A stretch of DNA of 64,000 nucleotides from Octopus sinensis (taxonomy: Eukaryota), in the NCBI RefSeq assembly GCF_006345805.1, contig NC_042998.1:22134001-22198000 (forward strand), given 5' to 3'. Both the position numbers and the translations under genes were made by a program. The notes beneath the pieces are model-generated. The model saw only the letters and a program-made list of their open reading frames with translations. It ran no database searches and was not told the origin of the DNA. This document shows, piece after piece, positions 35,351-48,465 of this stretch (its first letter is position 1; every line of letters begins with the position of its first letter).

Positions 35351-37084
35351 CTAATACCTACATTTTCATGACATTAGACATCATCAGGATATTGAGATCC
35401 CTACCAGGGAATATGTTGAAGGTCTCTTAAGACAAGGAAAAGTAGTAAATGTCAGCCTTAAACTATGTTGTTAGCATTGGGCAAAGTATTTGACTGAAGC
35501 AATGCCAGGGAATAAAGATTTGTATCACCTGAGCGGAGGCTACATTATAGATTGGTGGCAGGTTGGTGGCGGAGATGATTGTCAGAATGGCTAAGTGATG
35601 ATGTGTAGAATGCGTAGAACAGAGTGGAGAAAGAACCAGGGAATGAAGATGAGTGATGAGTAGAAGATATTGGGGAAAAAAAAAAGAAAAAAGAGGGAGA
35701 GAGAGAGAAGAAAAGGGAATATGAAAAAAAAAAAATAAATGATGGTTTTATTGATTTTCCTGTTAGTCTAGTCAGCATGAGAGAATCTTAATTCTCTGAG
35801 AGTTGCTATTGAGAAGGTACAAATACATTTTTAAATTTGAATTCTCGAAATAATTGACTAACATTTGGTGCAATTTCTTTCTGCTTCAATCGTTATTTTC
35901 CTGGTACTTTCAGTTTCACATTCAATGACACATTGTAGCAACTTAATGCTTTCATAGTGAAATACAGATATTATTGATACAATAGTTTTGCTGTTGCTTG
36001 TTGTTACTTGTTGGTTCTGGTTCACGTAAGCTGTTTATATCAGATTACATGTCTAATCTCTATTTGCTACATGCGAGCATTGCCATAATGAATTTATATC
36101 CGAGGATCTTTTAATGCAACCTGGTGATTCAATATCTCAGAACTTGGCGAGTGATAAGATCAGTGCCTGCCCCATGTGAGTTTCACCAGTTGAATTAATA
36201 ACCTTCCAGTTTTCCCTGCAAAAAAAATATCCCAGAATATTGATGAATATAACTAAGTGAAACTGTCTATTATATAATTCTGCTAAGATGGTATTCCCAC
36301 CTACTGCTGCACTGCTAAAAATACCATCTATTCTTCTTTCACCTTCATTATCATCATAACCTTCAATAACATCTCTCACTCAAGTCCCTTCACTTTCTCT
36401 CCTTCCTTTCTTTCCCACTTCTCTCTCTTTCTCTCTTTCTCTCTCTCAGAATTCCTAACTATGAGTAGTTACAATTGATTGATCATTCCTTGTGTGTTGG
36501 AACTTCAAAAAAGTCATATTGTTTACTTTATTGCATCTAGCTTTTCTTTTTCTTCTCACTGTGCAACTAATACAAGATGCTGGTATTTCAAATAAAAAGA
36601 AAAAAAGGCTTGTTGCTTTAATATTTGAGGTAAAATAATAATAATAAATGCACTACTAACAACATACATAGTCTAATAATTAATTTTTGAAGTAAACAAA
36701 TTTGAAATAAAGCAACAACGATAATACTAGCAACACCAAAAAAGAAAAGCAAAATATATTTTTGCCTGTGGACCTATAGAGAGGCAGGAATCCTTCAATT
36801 TCCCTGGAATAAGCTTGGAGAAATATCTTCAGTTACAACGTGACTCTGATATCCCCTCTGGCAGTAAATGGTCGTTAATGACTCCAGGAATGGAATGCTT
36901 TATAGAAATGACTAATAAGAGCTTGATTGTATCTCTCTGTCTCTACCTCTGTCTGTCTGTCTGTCTGTCTGTGTGTCTCTCTTTTTTTTTTTTTTTGCTT
37001 TGTTCAGTCGTTTATTTGTGTCCTATATTCTGTACACTGTTATTTCTTGATTTTGTTCTTCAGTCATATGTGACTTAAATGCAC

Positions 37085-37345
37085 ATAATCCATTATTATT
37101 ATTATTATCATCATTATTATTATTATTATTATTATCATTATTATTATCATTATTATTATCATTATTATTATTTTTCTCCTCCGCAATCTCATCATCACCA
37201 CCACCGCCGCAGCCACCACCATCATCATCATCATCATCATCATAATTATAATCACTATTATTACAATTATTATTATTACAATTATTATTATCATCATCAT
37301 CACTATTATTATTATATTATTATTATTATTATTATTATTATCATT
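37085..37345. repeat. (TAT)n/(CAT)n microsatellite
   Basis: Directly visible. Confidence 0.95.
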
Positions 37346-37504
37346 ATTGTCCATATATAATCAATAGATGCATAAACATCATTCCATATGCAACAACAAT
37401 AACGGAATTACTTCTAAAATACCATTCTTCCTTTGGTCCTGAAGAATAGTGACTGATATGAATTTCAACAATACTTTAAGGAAAAGCAAAAAAACCAAAA
37501 TCAA

Positions 37505-37535
<31 letters not shown>

Positions 37536-37969
37536 TACAAAAAAAAAATAAATATATAAATATCGATTATTTGTTTTCATTATGGCTGTTTACATTTCTC
37601 GTATTTCTTGCAGTCTGTTTTCTTCTTACCCATTTGAAGAAATCCGGGAGTGCGTTCTAAGATGCTACTACGCACCATACACACTTGCATGGCATGCTTA
37701 CTTTTGAATGAAGGTTTATCAATGCGGTTTCACCTATGCTTTGCTTACAAATATATACACCAACACATGATCATGCATGCACACATAAGTGTATACACAC
37801 TGTGTGTGTGTGCGTGGCTGTGTGGTAAGAGGTAAGCTTCCCAGCCATATAGTTCTGGGTTCGGTCCCACTGCGTGGCGTGGCACTTTCAGCAAGTATCG
37901 TTTAAAACAGCCTCAGGCTGACCAAACCTTTGAATAGATGGAATCTGTAAGAAGCCCTCTGAGTATATA

Positions 37970-38448
37970 TACAGGGTGTGGTGAATGAACTGTTGTCTAA
38001 ATTATGCAAAAATGAAAATTGCACTGACATCTCATTTTAACAGATATACTCTTTTACTTGTTTCAGTCGTTTGACTGTGGCCATGCAGGAGCACCGCCTT
38101 TTGTCAAGCAAATTGACCCCAGGACTTGTTCTTTGTAAGCCTAGTACTTATTCTAAACACCATGATGTTGACTGGATATTTGATTTTTATCGCTCTCAGT
38201 ACAAGTCTTCAGACTGCACTGTCTTCAGACCGACATCCAACCTCTTTGGAGCATCTGCTGTGAATGCTAGACAGTACAGCATATTGTTTCCAAATTTCTG
38301 GCAGAGTGAATTGTGTTATGGTACTGTTTATCTCACAGACAGTGCCCAACTGACCCTACTATACTGTATAGTTGACAAAATCAAAAACGATGTGCATACA
38401 TGAAATTAGAAATATAAAATAGTGACAATTTACCCATTACAACCTGTA
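37970..38448. mobile_element. Tc1/mariner-like non-autonomous element with a nested SINE A 3' fragment (38050-38155)
   Basis: Imperfect TIRs tacagggtgtggtgaatgaactgt / (rc) tacaggttgtaatgggtaaattgt; TA termini. Confidence 0.55.
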
Positions 38449-38504
38449 TGTACATGCACACATGTATATGTGTGTGTATGTGTGTGTTTGTATTTGTGTG
38501 TGTG

Positions 38505-39159
38505 CGCAGTTGTGTGGTAAGAAGCTTGCTTCGCAACCCCATGGTTCTGGGTTCAGTTCCACTGCATGGCATCTTGGGCAATTATCTTCTACTATAGCCT
38601 TCGCTCAAACTGAACAAAACCTTGTGTGTGGAGTTTGTGGATAGAAACTGGAAGAAGCCTGTCATATGTGCGTGCATGTGTGTGTGTGTGTGTTTGTCCC
38701 TCACCTTTGCTTGACAACCAGTATTCTTTTGTTTACACCTCCATAACTTAGCAGTTCAGCAAAAACAAACTGATAAAGCAAGTACCTGATCTGAAAAAAA
38801 AAAAAAAGGCATTGGGGTCAATTCATTCAACTAAAATTCATGAAGGTGGTGCCCCAGCATGGCCACAGTCTAATAACTGAAACACGTGCACATACTCTCT
38901 CTCTCTCTTATTTGAAGTCAGTGTGTGTGTATGTGCATGTATTTCTTTTACTCTTTTACTTGTTTCTGTCATTTCACGGTGGCCATGCTGGAGCACCACT
39001 TTTAGTCAAACAAATCAACCCCAAGACTTATTCTTTGTAAGCCTAGTACTTATTCTATCGTTCACTTTTGCCAAACTGCTAAGTTACAGGGAGGTAAACA
39101 CACCAGCATTGGTTGTCAAACGACAGTCGGGGGGCAATCACAGACACACAAATACATAT

Positions 39160-39210
<51 letters not shown>

Positions 39211-39385
39211 CACACACTCATGTATATGTATGATGGGCTTCTTTCAGTTTCCGTCTACCAAATCCACTCAATGCATTGGTTGGTCCAAAGCTATAGTAGA
39301 CACTTGCCCACGTTGCCATGCAGTAGGACTGAACCCGGAACCATGTGGTTTGGAAGTAAGCATCTTAGCACACAGCCACTCCTGC
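38505..39385. mobile_element. Two SINE A copies tail-to-tail (38505-38890 +, 38940-39385 -)
   Basis: Both modules are recognisable in each copy. Confidence 0.8.
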
Positions 39386-39836
39386 GTATATATAAATATT
39401 TTTGATTGTGTGTATGTGTGTGTGGGGAGATGTGATAGTATGTCAGAGTATGTGTTTACGTTTGTGTGTATATATATATATGTATGTATATATCACCATC
39501 ATATAATGTCCGTTGTGCATGCTGGTGTGGGTTGTATATATATATATATACTGGAGTAAACACATAAATGTGGAACAAGGTGTAAAAAAGAGTACTCAAA
39601 TACCAGTGGTAGAGTAATATGCTTTATTTAAAGCAAAGGTATATATATATATAAATTACAAAGTGAGATAGGGGTTGTGAGTGTAACCCACTATGGGATA
39701 ACATTTATCCAATATACTGCCAGTAAAGTACCCAGAAATGCTAATACATAAATGCTAAGAATTGCAATGCAATTAATTCATTTATTGTATTATATGGGCG
39801 AAGGTAAAATGTTTTACCTCAAATTCATAGTACAAA

Positions 39837-39941
39837 ATAAGAAAATGGAGGAATAGATTTTAATCAGTCATCAACTACTAGATAATACCAATGAATTGGT
39901 ATTATCTAGTAGTTGATTAAAATCTATTCCTCCATTTTCTT

Positions 39942-39943
<2 letters not shown>
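39837..39943. repeat. Mismatch-free 49-bp inverted repeat with a 7-nt bulge
   Basis: Left arm 39837-39892, minus gtcatca at 39867-39873, is the exact reverse complement of 39895-39943. Confidence 0.95.
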
Positions 39944-40014
<71 letters not shown>

Positions 40015-40669
40015 ATATTTCTGCTTTCATGTTTACATGAGTATATATGTATACACATGTATGTGTTTGTTTCTGTGTATATTTCAGTGAGTGTATATGT
40101 GCATACCTGTGTATGTATATGTATGCGTAACACTTCATATGATATTATGCGTACACAATTTAATATATATATATATATATGAGTGCATGCCAGCTTGTAT
40201 ATGTGTCTGTGTAGAACAACAGAAAAATATCAAAGAAAGTATAAAGAAGAGAGGATATCTACTGAGGAAGCAGAGGGCCAAAGAGGGGAAACAAGAGAGG
40301 AACTCGTGTTTTTTAAAGGACACAAAAGCTATTGAAAGTAAACTGCCCTCCCCATCGGTGAATAACATGGTTTCTATTTTAGGTATTTGTCTTCAATAAA
40401 CCAGTGCAGTTTTTACACACATATAGCTAAATACACACACACATACATCTATATATGTGCGTGTGTTTCTGTAGTATTTATGTCTATATACATATGTATA
40501 TATACATGTGTATGTATATATATTCTATATATATATATATATGTGAATGTAGTATTTATGTATTTATATATACATGTGTGTGTGTGTATATATATATGTG
40601 TATGTTTGTGTATATATATATATATATATATAACTATGTACATATATGTTTATTGTCATATGTGTATAT

Positions 40670-40835
40670 ATATCATCATCATCATCATCATCGTTTAACG
40701 TCCGCTTTCCATGCTAGCATGGGTTGGACGGTTCAACTGGGGTCTGGCAAGCCCGAAGGCTGCACCAGGCCAGTCAGATATGGCAGTGTTTCTACAGCTG
40801 GATGCCCTTCCTAACGCCAACCACTCCGAGAGTAT
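40670..40835 (-). mobile_element. Family C 3' fragment
   Basis: catcatcgtttaacgtccgctttccatgctagc...cctaacgccaaccactccg. Confidence 0.85.
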
Positions 40836-41489
40836 TTATACGTATATATATACGTATTTATATGGTATATATGTGTGTGTGCATATAAATATATATCCAT
40901 ATACACCTACACTGATATTGATCTATTTAGCTATTTGTCTACCTCCCTCCCTCCCTCTCTCTCTCTCTCTCCTTCTACACATATATTTATGTGTGTATGT
41001 GCGTGTTTATACACATATGTATATATGTGTGTGTGTGCCTACATGAATATGTATCTATGCATTTATACGTATACATACATGCATATATGTGCACATGCAT
41101 ATATGTGCACATGCATATATGTGTGTGTCTACATGATTGTATATATGTGTGTCTACATGAGTGTATATGTGTGTGTTTATACATACATGTATATGTGCAC
41201 ATGTATATATCTGTGTGTGTTTACATGCTCAAAAAAAATGATGATTAGTTATTTTATTTTGAAGTCACTTTCACACAGTCAAATATAGCTTTTTTTTCAC
41301 TTCCCTTATTTGGTGTAATAGATGTTTGAACTAACCTTGCATGTCTGGTCTAGTGGGCAAATATCTGGGTTCCTATAGTTGCAATCTACAGTACACGTCT
41401 TGGTTGGCTTATGTGAAATGATATTTTCCCTATAAGGACCACAGCTGAAGGAAACTTCCACAGAAGTCTATTGATGATTTCTGTGGAAG

Positions 41490-41722
41490 GCGACGAGTTG
41501 GCAGAATCATTAGCATGCCAAGTGAAGTGCTTAGCGGTATTTCGTCTGTTTTTACATTCTGTGTTCAAACTCCGCCGAGGTTAACTTTGCCTTCCATCCT
41601 TTCAGGGTCGATTAAATAAGTACCAGTTACCCACTGGGGTCGATATAATCGACTTCATCCGTTTGTCTGTCCTTGTTTGTCCCCTCTGTGTGTAGCCCCT
41701 TGTGGGCAGTAAAGAAATAAGA
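41490..41722 (+). mobile_element. Full-length SINE family B with 11-bp TSD and 5' fold-back insert
   Basis: ctattgatgat at 41468-41478 and 41726-41736. Confidence 0.88.
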
Positions 41723-41744
41723 TAACTATTGATGATATTCTTAT

Positions 41745-42030
41745 ATCTACGGCTATCAAGGAAATGTTTATCAATCAGGGTTAGGAATATAGGAATAGAC
41801 AAAAAACAAAGCACAAAGCTCGCAGACCATATCTTGAACATGAAGGAGTGTAATAGACCCCACACCATCAACTGGTGCATCATAGATAGAGCTAGGCCTA
41901 ACTGTAACTTGTAAAGAATGTGCACTCTCTGTATAGCTAAAAACACACACATCCTTATTAGATCAAAGAACTACACCGACCTTCTAAAGTTGCGATCAGA
42001 AACTTTTACAAGATATATGCTCCTTGAATA
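41745..42030 (+). pseudogene. Penelope-like element GIY-YIG endonuclease C-terminal relic
   Basis: KQSTKLADHILNMKECNRPHTINWCIIDRARPNCNL*RMCTLCIAK / HILIRSKNYTDLLKLRSE resembles the PLE motif STELSKHIW.LK....Y.I.W.I.DRA.PY......C.LC..EK..I......LLN.RSE. It has one stop and one frameshift. Confidence 0.72.
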
Positions 42031-42579
42031 GTTTCTGTTAACAAACTGGAAGGCATCCCACCAACACCACCAGATTAGACACACTTTAGCCTTTCCATAT
42101 TTGACTATATTTTTTTAAGTGTAATACTCTCAACTTTGACCATACATTTAGTAAGTTAAAAGAACAAGAGCTAAATTCATGAATAGAGTTATCCCTATTT
42201 TACAAAAAATGTTTCTTAATATTTTCACCTCCATTTTTTTTCTATTTTGCTCATTTTTTTCATATTTTTTCACATTGCCTTACAGAATAACCATTCTTGA
42301 TGGGTGGCTAGATCTTGCCTACTATGTATATAAGCCCATCCGATCCTGCATTATCATGAAACTTGAAATAGTTCATGTATTTCTGGATTAAATACTTCTT
42401 TTTAGCTGATCCTATTATCAAATAAACAGTAAATTATGTATATGTATGCAATAGGCTTCTTTCAAATTCCCTTTCAAAAATTCATTCACAAAGCTTTTGA
42501 TTGGATGGGAAGTAAACTTTGTAACCTCAAAACCACACACACTTATGCTTGCAAAATGTGTTTGTGTGTATGTTTCCAA

Positions 42580-42884
42580 GACCCCCTTCAGTCATGACTG
42601 ACCATGGGATTGCACCTAGAAAGTTACCCTCCCAGGCACAAGTCCGGGCAAGGTTGTTTATGGAAGACGAACAGTTGCCCATGCATACTGGCCTCTCCTG
42701 TCCATGCCACCAGTGTTATCCAATAGAAAGGCAAAAGCCGATACTGCTTGGCACCTGTGAACTGGATCAACGTCAAATAAAGTGTCTTGCTGAAGAACAC
42801 AACATGCAGCTCGGTCTGGGATTCGAACTCACAAACTCACGATCATAAGCTCGATGCTTTAACCACTGGGCTATGAGCCTTCAC
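42580..42884 (-). mobile_element. tRNA-headed SINE family E
   Basis: Reverse complement of 48466-48797 with an internal deletion. Confidence 0.8.
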
Positions 42885-42924
42885 TATGTGTATGTATGTG
42901 TACATTTAAGCACACACACACATT

Positions 42925-43310
42925 TATATATGTCTGTGTGGTAAGAAACTTGCTTCCCAATCACATGGTCCCGGGTTCAGTTTCACTGCATGGCACTTTG
43001 AGCTGACCAATGCCTTGTGAGTGGATTTGGTAAACGGAAATTGAAAGAAGCCCATCGTATGTATATATATATAAATATATATATGTATATATTTCTGTGT
43101 TTGTGTCTATGTTTGTTCCACCACCATCGCTTGACAACTGATGTTGGTGTGTTTACGTCCCTATAACTTAGTGGGTTGGCAAAAAGAGACCGATAGAATA
43201 AGTACCAGGCTTACAAAGAATAAGTCCTGGGGTGAATTTCTTCGAATAAAAAGTGGTACTGCAGCATGGTCGCAGTCAAAAGGATTGAAACAAGTAAAAG
43301 AATAAAAGAA
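42925..43310 (+). mobile_element. SINE family A
   Basis: Both modules present. Confidence 0.82.
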
Positions 43311-43366
43311 TATATATATATATATATAAATGTGTGTGAGTATCTGGCTATATGAATGTGTGTGTG

Positions 43367-43411
<45 letters not shown>

Positions 43412-43804
43412 TCATACACACATGCACATATACTCACACCAGTCAATATGTATATAGGATCATGTGTATGTATGTAAGAGCGTGTAAGAGTTATTTGTAT
43501 TAGAAGTCTACTTGTTATTCTTCTCTGCATTCACATGTTCACTCTCAGCATGATTGGAAAGCAAAGGAAGCAGACAAACAAGAGAATGGAAAAGTCATGC
43601 GTAGATGTATGCGTGTGTGTATATATAAACAAGAATATATATCTACACATACACACACACACACACACACTCACTCACATATATACACATATATATATAT
43701 AGAGAGAGGAGATGTTATGTTCATACAGAAAAGAGCACTCAGCACATTTAATAGAGTATAATATATCTAAGTGTGTGTTGATGTGTATGTATGTATATAT
43801 ATAT

Positions 43805-43836
<32 letters not shown>

Positions 43837-43916
43837 GTTTATTTTCTTTTTGCAAGAGTCTTGGTGTGAAATCGTGTGTTGAAACAGATATTGTTGTATT
43901 TGGGGATGGTCATGTT

Positions 43917-44195
43917 GCCAGGAGTGGCTGTGTGGTAAGTAGCTTGCTTACCAACCACATGGTTCCGGGTTCAGTCCCACTGCGTAGCACCTTGGGCAAG
44001 TGTCTTCTACTAGAGCCTCGGGCCAACCAAAGCCTTGTGAGTGGATTTGGTAGACGGAAACTGAAAGAAGCCCATTGTATATATGTATACATATGTGTGT
44101 GTATATATATATATATATACACACTAAGTGACGGGGATGTAAACACACCAGCATCTGATGTCAAGCGATATTGGGGGGGAAAACACAGACACACA

Positions 44196-44237
<42 letters not shown>

Positions 44238-44405
44238 TATATACGACGGGCTTCTTTCAGTTTCCATTTACCAAATCCACTCACAAGGCTTTGGTCGGCC
44301 TGAGGCTATAGTAGAAGACACTTGCCCAAGGTGCCATGCAGTGGGACTGAACCTGGAACCACGTCGTTGGTAAGTGAGCTACTTACCACACAGCTACTCC
44401 TATGC
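43917..44405. mobile_element. Inverted pair of SINE A head modules (43917-44075 +, 44245-44405 -)
   Basis: Arms of about 155 bp separated by a TA/TG-rich spacer with part of the 3' module. Confidence 0.85.
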
Positions 44406-44540
44406 CTATGCATATATATATATATCAGGTGTGTATATGTTAGTAAAGTTCTAGGGTAGATTCTTCTGTCTCTCTCCATCTTTGTCTGTCTGTCTGTTTT
44501 TGTCAGTTTGTCTCCATTTCTTACTCCATCTCTGGGTTAC

Positions 44541-44642
44541 TTATGTTGGTCTGCATATATCCCAATTTTTAGACCATGCATTTTGTATCCCTTCATCTAA
44601 TAACTGATGACTAAAATGGCTTCCACCAGTAAAGATGTTTTG
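44541..44642 (-). other. Weak candidate exon (102 nt)
   Basis: Acceptor ttttttcgttttctgcag, donor gtaacc. Phase-0 frame QNIFTGGSHFSHQLLDEGIQNAWSKNWDICRPT ends in TAA directly at the donor. Confidence 0.25.
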
Positions 44643-44909
44643 CTGCAGAAAACGAAAAAACACACACAAAAACAAACAAAGGGTAAAAAGGAAAAAGAAA
44701 ACCCATCCACGACCAAGATGCTGAGGATAAAGATGAGAATTATATCCATCTTCCCCTCTATATATGTATATATACATATATATATATGTATGTATCTACC
44801 TTTCTGCCTATGTATTTACAAGTGTGTGTGTGTATATATATGTATGTATTCTTCTATTCTTTTATTTGTTTCAGTCATATGACTGTGGCCATGCTGGAGT
44901 ACTGTATAT

Positions 44910-44934
<25 letters not shown>

Positions 44935-44952
<18 letters not shown>

Positions 44953-45200
44953 ATATGTTTGTATATATAATATATATATATGTGTGTGTATATGTTTGTA
45001 TATATATATATATATATGTGTGTGTGTATATGTTTGTATATATATATATATATGTGTGTGTATATGTTTGTATATATATATATATATATGTGTGTGTATA
45101 TGTTTGTATATATATATATATATATGTGTGTGTATATGTTTGTATATATATATATATATATATGTATATATGTTTGTATGTATATATATATATATATGTA
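44935..45200. repeat. ~36-bp minisatellite built from TG/TA (gtgtgtgtatatgtttgta(ta)n)
   Basis: About 7 visible units. Confidence 0.9.
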
Positions 45201-45675
45201 TATAATTATATATGTATATATATGTGTGTGTGTGTGTGCATACATACATGCATGTGTGTGTGTGTGTTGTGTTTATGCATGTATGAACGGTAAAAACTAC
45301 ATTGGCATAGTGAATATAAATACCTGGCATACCTAAAATAGAAAACATTATTCATCAGAGGTAACAGGGATACACACAGAGTACTCTCTCCTTTCAGGAG
45401 CTTTTGTCTCCTTTAAAAAAACACAAGTTCCCCCTGTTTTTTTGTTGTTGTTTTCGTTTGTTTTTCCCACTCTTTGGCCCTCTGCTTCCTCAGTAGATAT
45501 CCTCTCTCATTCATTCTTTCTTTTGATATTTTCTATTGTTATACACATACGGGCATGGAAGCTGGTATGCATACACATACATACGTGCAGGTATACGATT
45601 GCATAGATACACATAGGTGCATTATACACATGCAACAGAAGTACACTTACCACATACACACACACAAATGCATAT

Positions 45676-45706
<31 letters not shown>

Positions 45707-45769
45707 AACACACACAAAGACACATCTATGCATATATATATATACATATCTGTGTGTTTTTATATATTG

Positions 45770-45816
<47 letters not shown>

Positions 45817-45898
45817 TTATACATATGTATATATATATATGTATTTATACATATGTATATATATATGTATTTATACATATGTATATATATATGTATGT

Positions 45899-45930
<32 letters not shown>

Positions 45931-46639
45931 TGTATATGTATATATATATTATTGGTATGCATATGTATATATATATATATATTATATGTATATATATATT
46001 ATATGTATACATATATATATATATATATATGTATGTATATAGATAGATATCTTTTGCCTTCTTTACCTGTTTCAGTCAATGGTTATGTTGGAGCACTGCA
46101 TGATATATATTGGATATATACTTATATATGTGTGTTTTTATGTGTGTGTGTTTGTGTGCACACGCATATATATCTGTGTGTGTAAAAATGTGTATTTATG
46201 TGTATACACCATTCATAAAAATTCGGGCATATATAATCACCCATGAGGACGGACACACACACGCATTCACGTACAGGTATATTCATGCACACACTATGAA
46301 ATACACGCATGCTGATACACACACAAGCAGACCCATATGCACACACACACATACATACAGCTATACGTACATACAAAATAAGATGGTGTTATCAATGTTA
46401 TCATTGTTCTTTGAATTTGGAAGCAAAATAGTTGTATTATTAACGAGATCCGCTCTTATGCGTACACATTGCACTTGTTCACAAACACGCACACACACAA
46501 TGCACTTACATATAACAGATGCACATGTGTGTGTGCAGATGCACTCATGCACATGCTTGTAAATATGAACCTCTCTCCTCTATGTTTTCTAGCAATTTGA
46601 ATCACTGCTTCTTTCTCCATATCGTCACCATCACTAGAT

Positions 46640-47090
46640 ATCAATAACCACTCCTACTCCTCCTTCTTCTCTTCCTCCTCCTCCTCCTCCTCCTCCACTT
46701 CTCTTCCATCCTCACTCACCTTATTTTTCACTTCTCCCTCCTCCTCCCCACCACCCTCCTCATTCTTCACTTTCTTCTTCTTTTTCTCCCCATCCTCTCC
46801 CTCTTTATTATACACTTACTCCTTTTCTTCTTCTTCTTCCCCCTCCTCCACTTCTCCCATCCTTTCCCTCTTCATTTTCTCCTTCTTCTCCCCATCATCT
46901 CCCTCCTTATTCTTCACTTCCTCCATCTTCTCCCCATCCACTCCTTCCTTCTTCATCACATCCTCCCCCTCTTCTTTTCTTCTCTCTCATTCTCTTCCTC
47001 CTCCTTGTCACCCATCCTCTCAAACCTTATTCTTATCTTCTCCCTTTCCCCACCTTCCACCCCTCATCCTTCTCCTTCTCATCCTCCTTC
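46640..47090. repeat. Polypyrimidine (TCT/CCT/CTC) low-complexity tract
   Basis: About 450 bp almost devoid of G. Confidence 0.9.
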
Positions 47091-48251
47091 CATCTTACCA
47101 CTGCCACCACCACCACCACCACCATCACCACCATTGCCACAACCACCCTCATTAGCATTGCTGAAGGATCCCTTTCCTCTCACAAGGGAAGAGATGTCAC
47201 TAGCAGAAAATCTGAATCCAGTTCAAGGAGCAACAGTCTTAGTTAACACTTTTAAAATTTATCCCAAGAGATTTTCTATAGAAATTAGAGCCAGCACCAA
47301 AAGTTACATTTCATATACAATTATGTCTATGTAAAAAATGTGACTGAAGAAAGAAAAATAGTTAACAGACGGACGTTAAGATACCAGCTATTAATAGTGT
47401 TAGATATAACAACATCACCTCTCGGATCTTTGTAGGTTTTTGTCAGTGTTTACAATTTTCTTCCAATTGTTTTCAAATTTGGTATATAGATTAAGTTTTG
47501 TATACCAGTTAAGGAAATGAAATTCATTTTCCTACAAATCCGTAATTAAGAAGTCTGAGGTATGTATCGTCGGTTCCAGAAGTAATGGTATCTTTATATC
47601 GAGAGAAGACGAATGACCAGTGCTTGGATGTTCTAGCAGCTTCTGGAACACTAGGAAGAACTTCCAATCTTTCGGGACGTAAGCCTCACTCCATATTCTA
47701 AACAAATTAAATTAAAGTATAATACTGACAGTTCGAAAAAGAAAGCAGTGAACTTAGGCTGTATCTGAGAACTACAAAATACATCAGAAAGTCTTTCTAC
47801 AATCTACATAATTACATAAAATCACAACATGGCCTTTAAAATTTGCAAAATTTGGGTATTTAAGCCAATCAGAAGCAAGTATTTTATTATCAAGTTATTT
47901 GAAAATTAGTTGATAAATTAATTAAGGAATATATTAATTAACTAATTTGTTAAAAGTTCTTTAGACCCAACCTCTGTGACCTTATTAATAATGATGTGCC
48001 CCTCTTTGGCAGCATGACCCTTCCAAAGAATAACAATATCAGTTTCAAAACATATGATTCCACATTCAAGAATCTTGCTAAACATGCAAAACCGAAATCA
48101 TCATCACCACCACCACCACCACCACCATTATTATTTCTCTTTATCACAGGTTTTGTTGGGGCTCCTTGAGTCTTGCATGCATAGCAGGTTTCCTACCTGC
48201 AGCTTACAGTATCATGCTATCCATTTTTTTCAGCTATCTAATACATTCCTG

Positions 48252-48254
<3 letters not shown>

Positions 48255-48287
<33 letters not shown>

Positions 48288-48440
48288 TAGTCTTATTTTC
48301 ATCACGTGCTTTCACTGTATTACTGAGCGCAGCTCTGTGTGCCTTGGGTATGTGCTGTGGTTTGTTGTGATGCTCTTATTTTTACTGTATTGAAAGTGTT
48401 TTACGTAGGATGTGTGCGGTGCCTAGTAATGCTATTTTAT
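48255..48440 (-). pseudogene. 3' end of a restriction-like-endonuclease non-LTR element (HERO/NeSL-like)
   Basis: Minus frame KIALLGTAHILRKTLSIQ* (48438-48382) matches the LLGTAxILRK C-terminal motif; (TAA)n tail. Confidence 0.7.
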
Positions 48441-48465
48441 GTATGTTATATATACTTGTTGTGAA

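Noticed and set aside
35350-35400. Minus-strand CUGAUGA...GAAA spacing
   Set aside because: Stem II has a mismatch and is out of register; there is no valid stem III or stem I.
36780-36920. About 60 open codons on the plus strand
   Set aside because: No convincing splice donor, start context or recognisable motif.
38071-38403. 110-aa ORF
   Set aside because: It begins inside a SINE A fragment and lies within a Tc1-like non-autonomous element; no recognisable domain.
46640-47090. Potential H-DNA or G-quadruplex role of the pyrimidine tract and the (GGT)n run at 29900-30160
   Set aside because: These are ordinary low-complexity tracts in a genome full of them, with nothing locus-specific.
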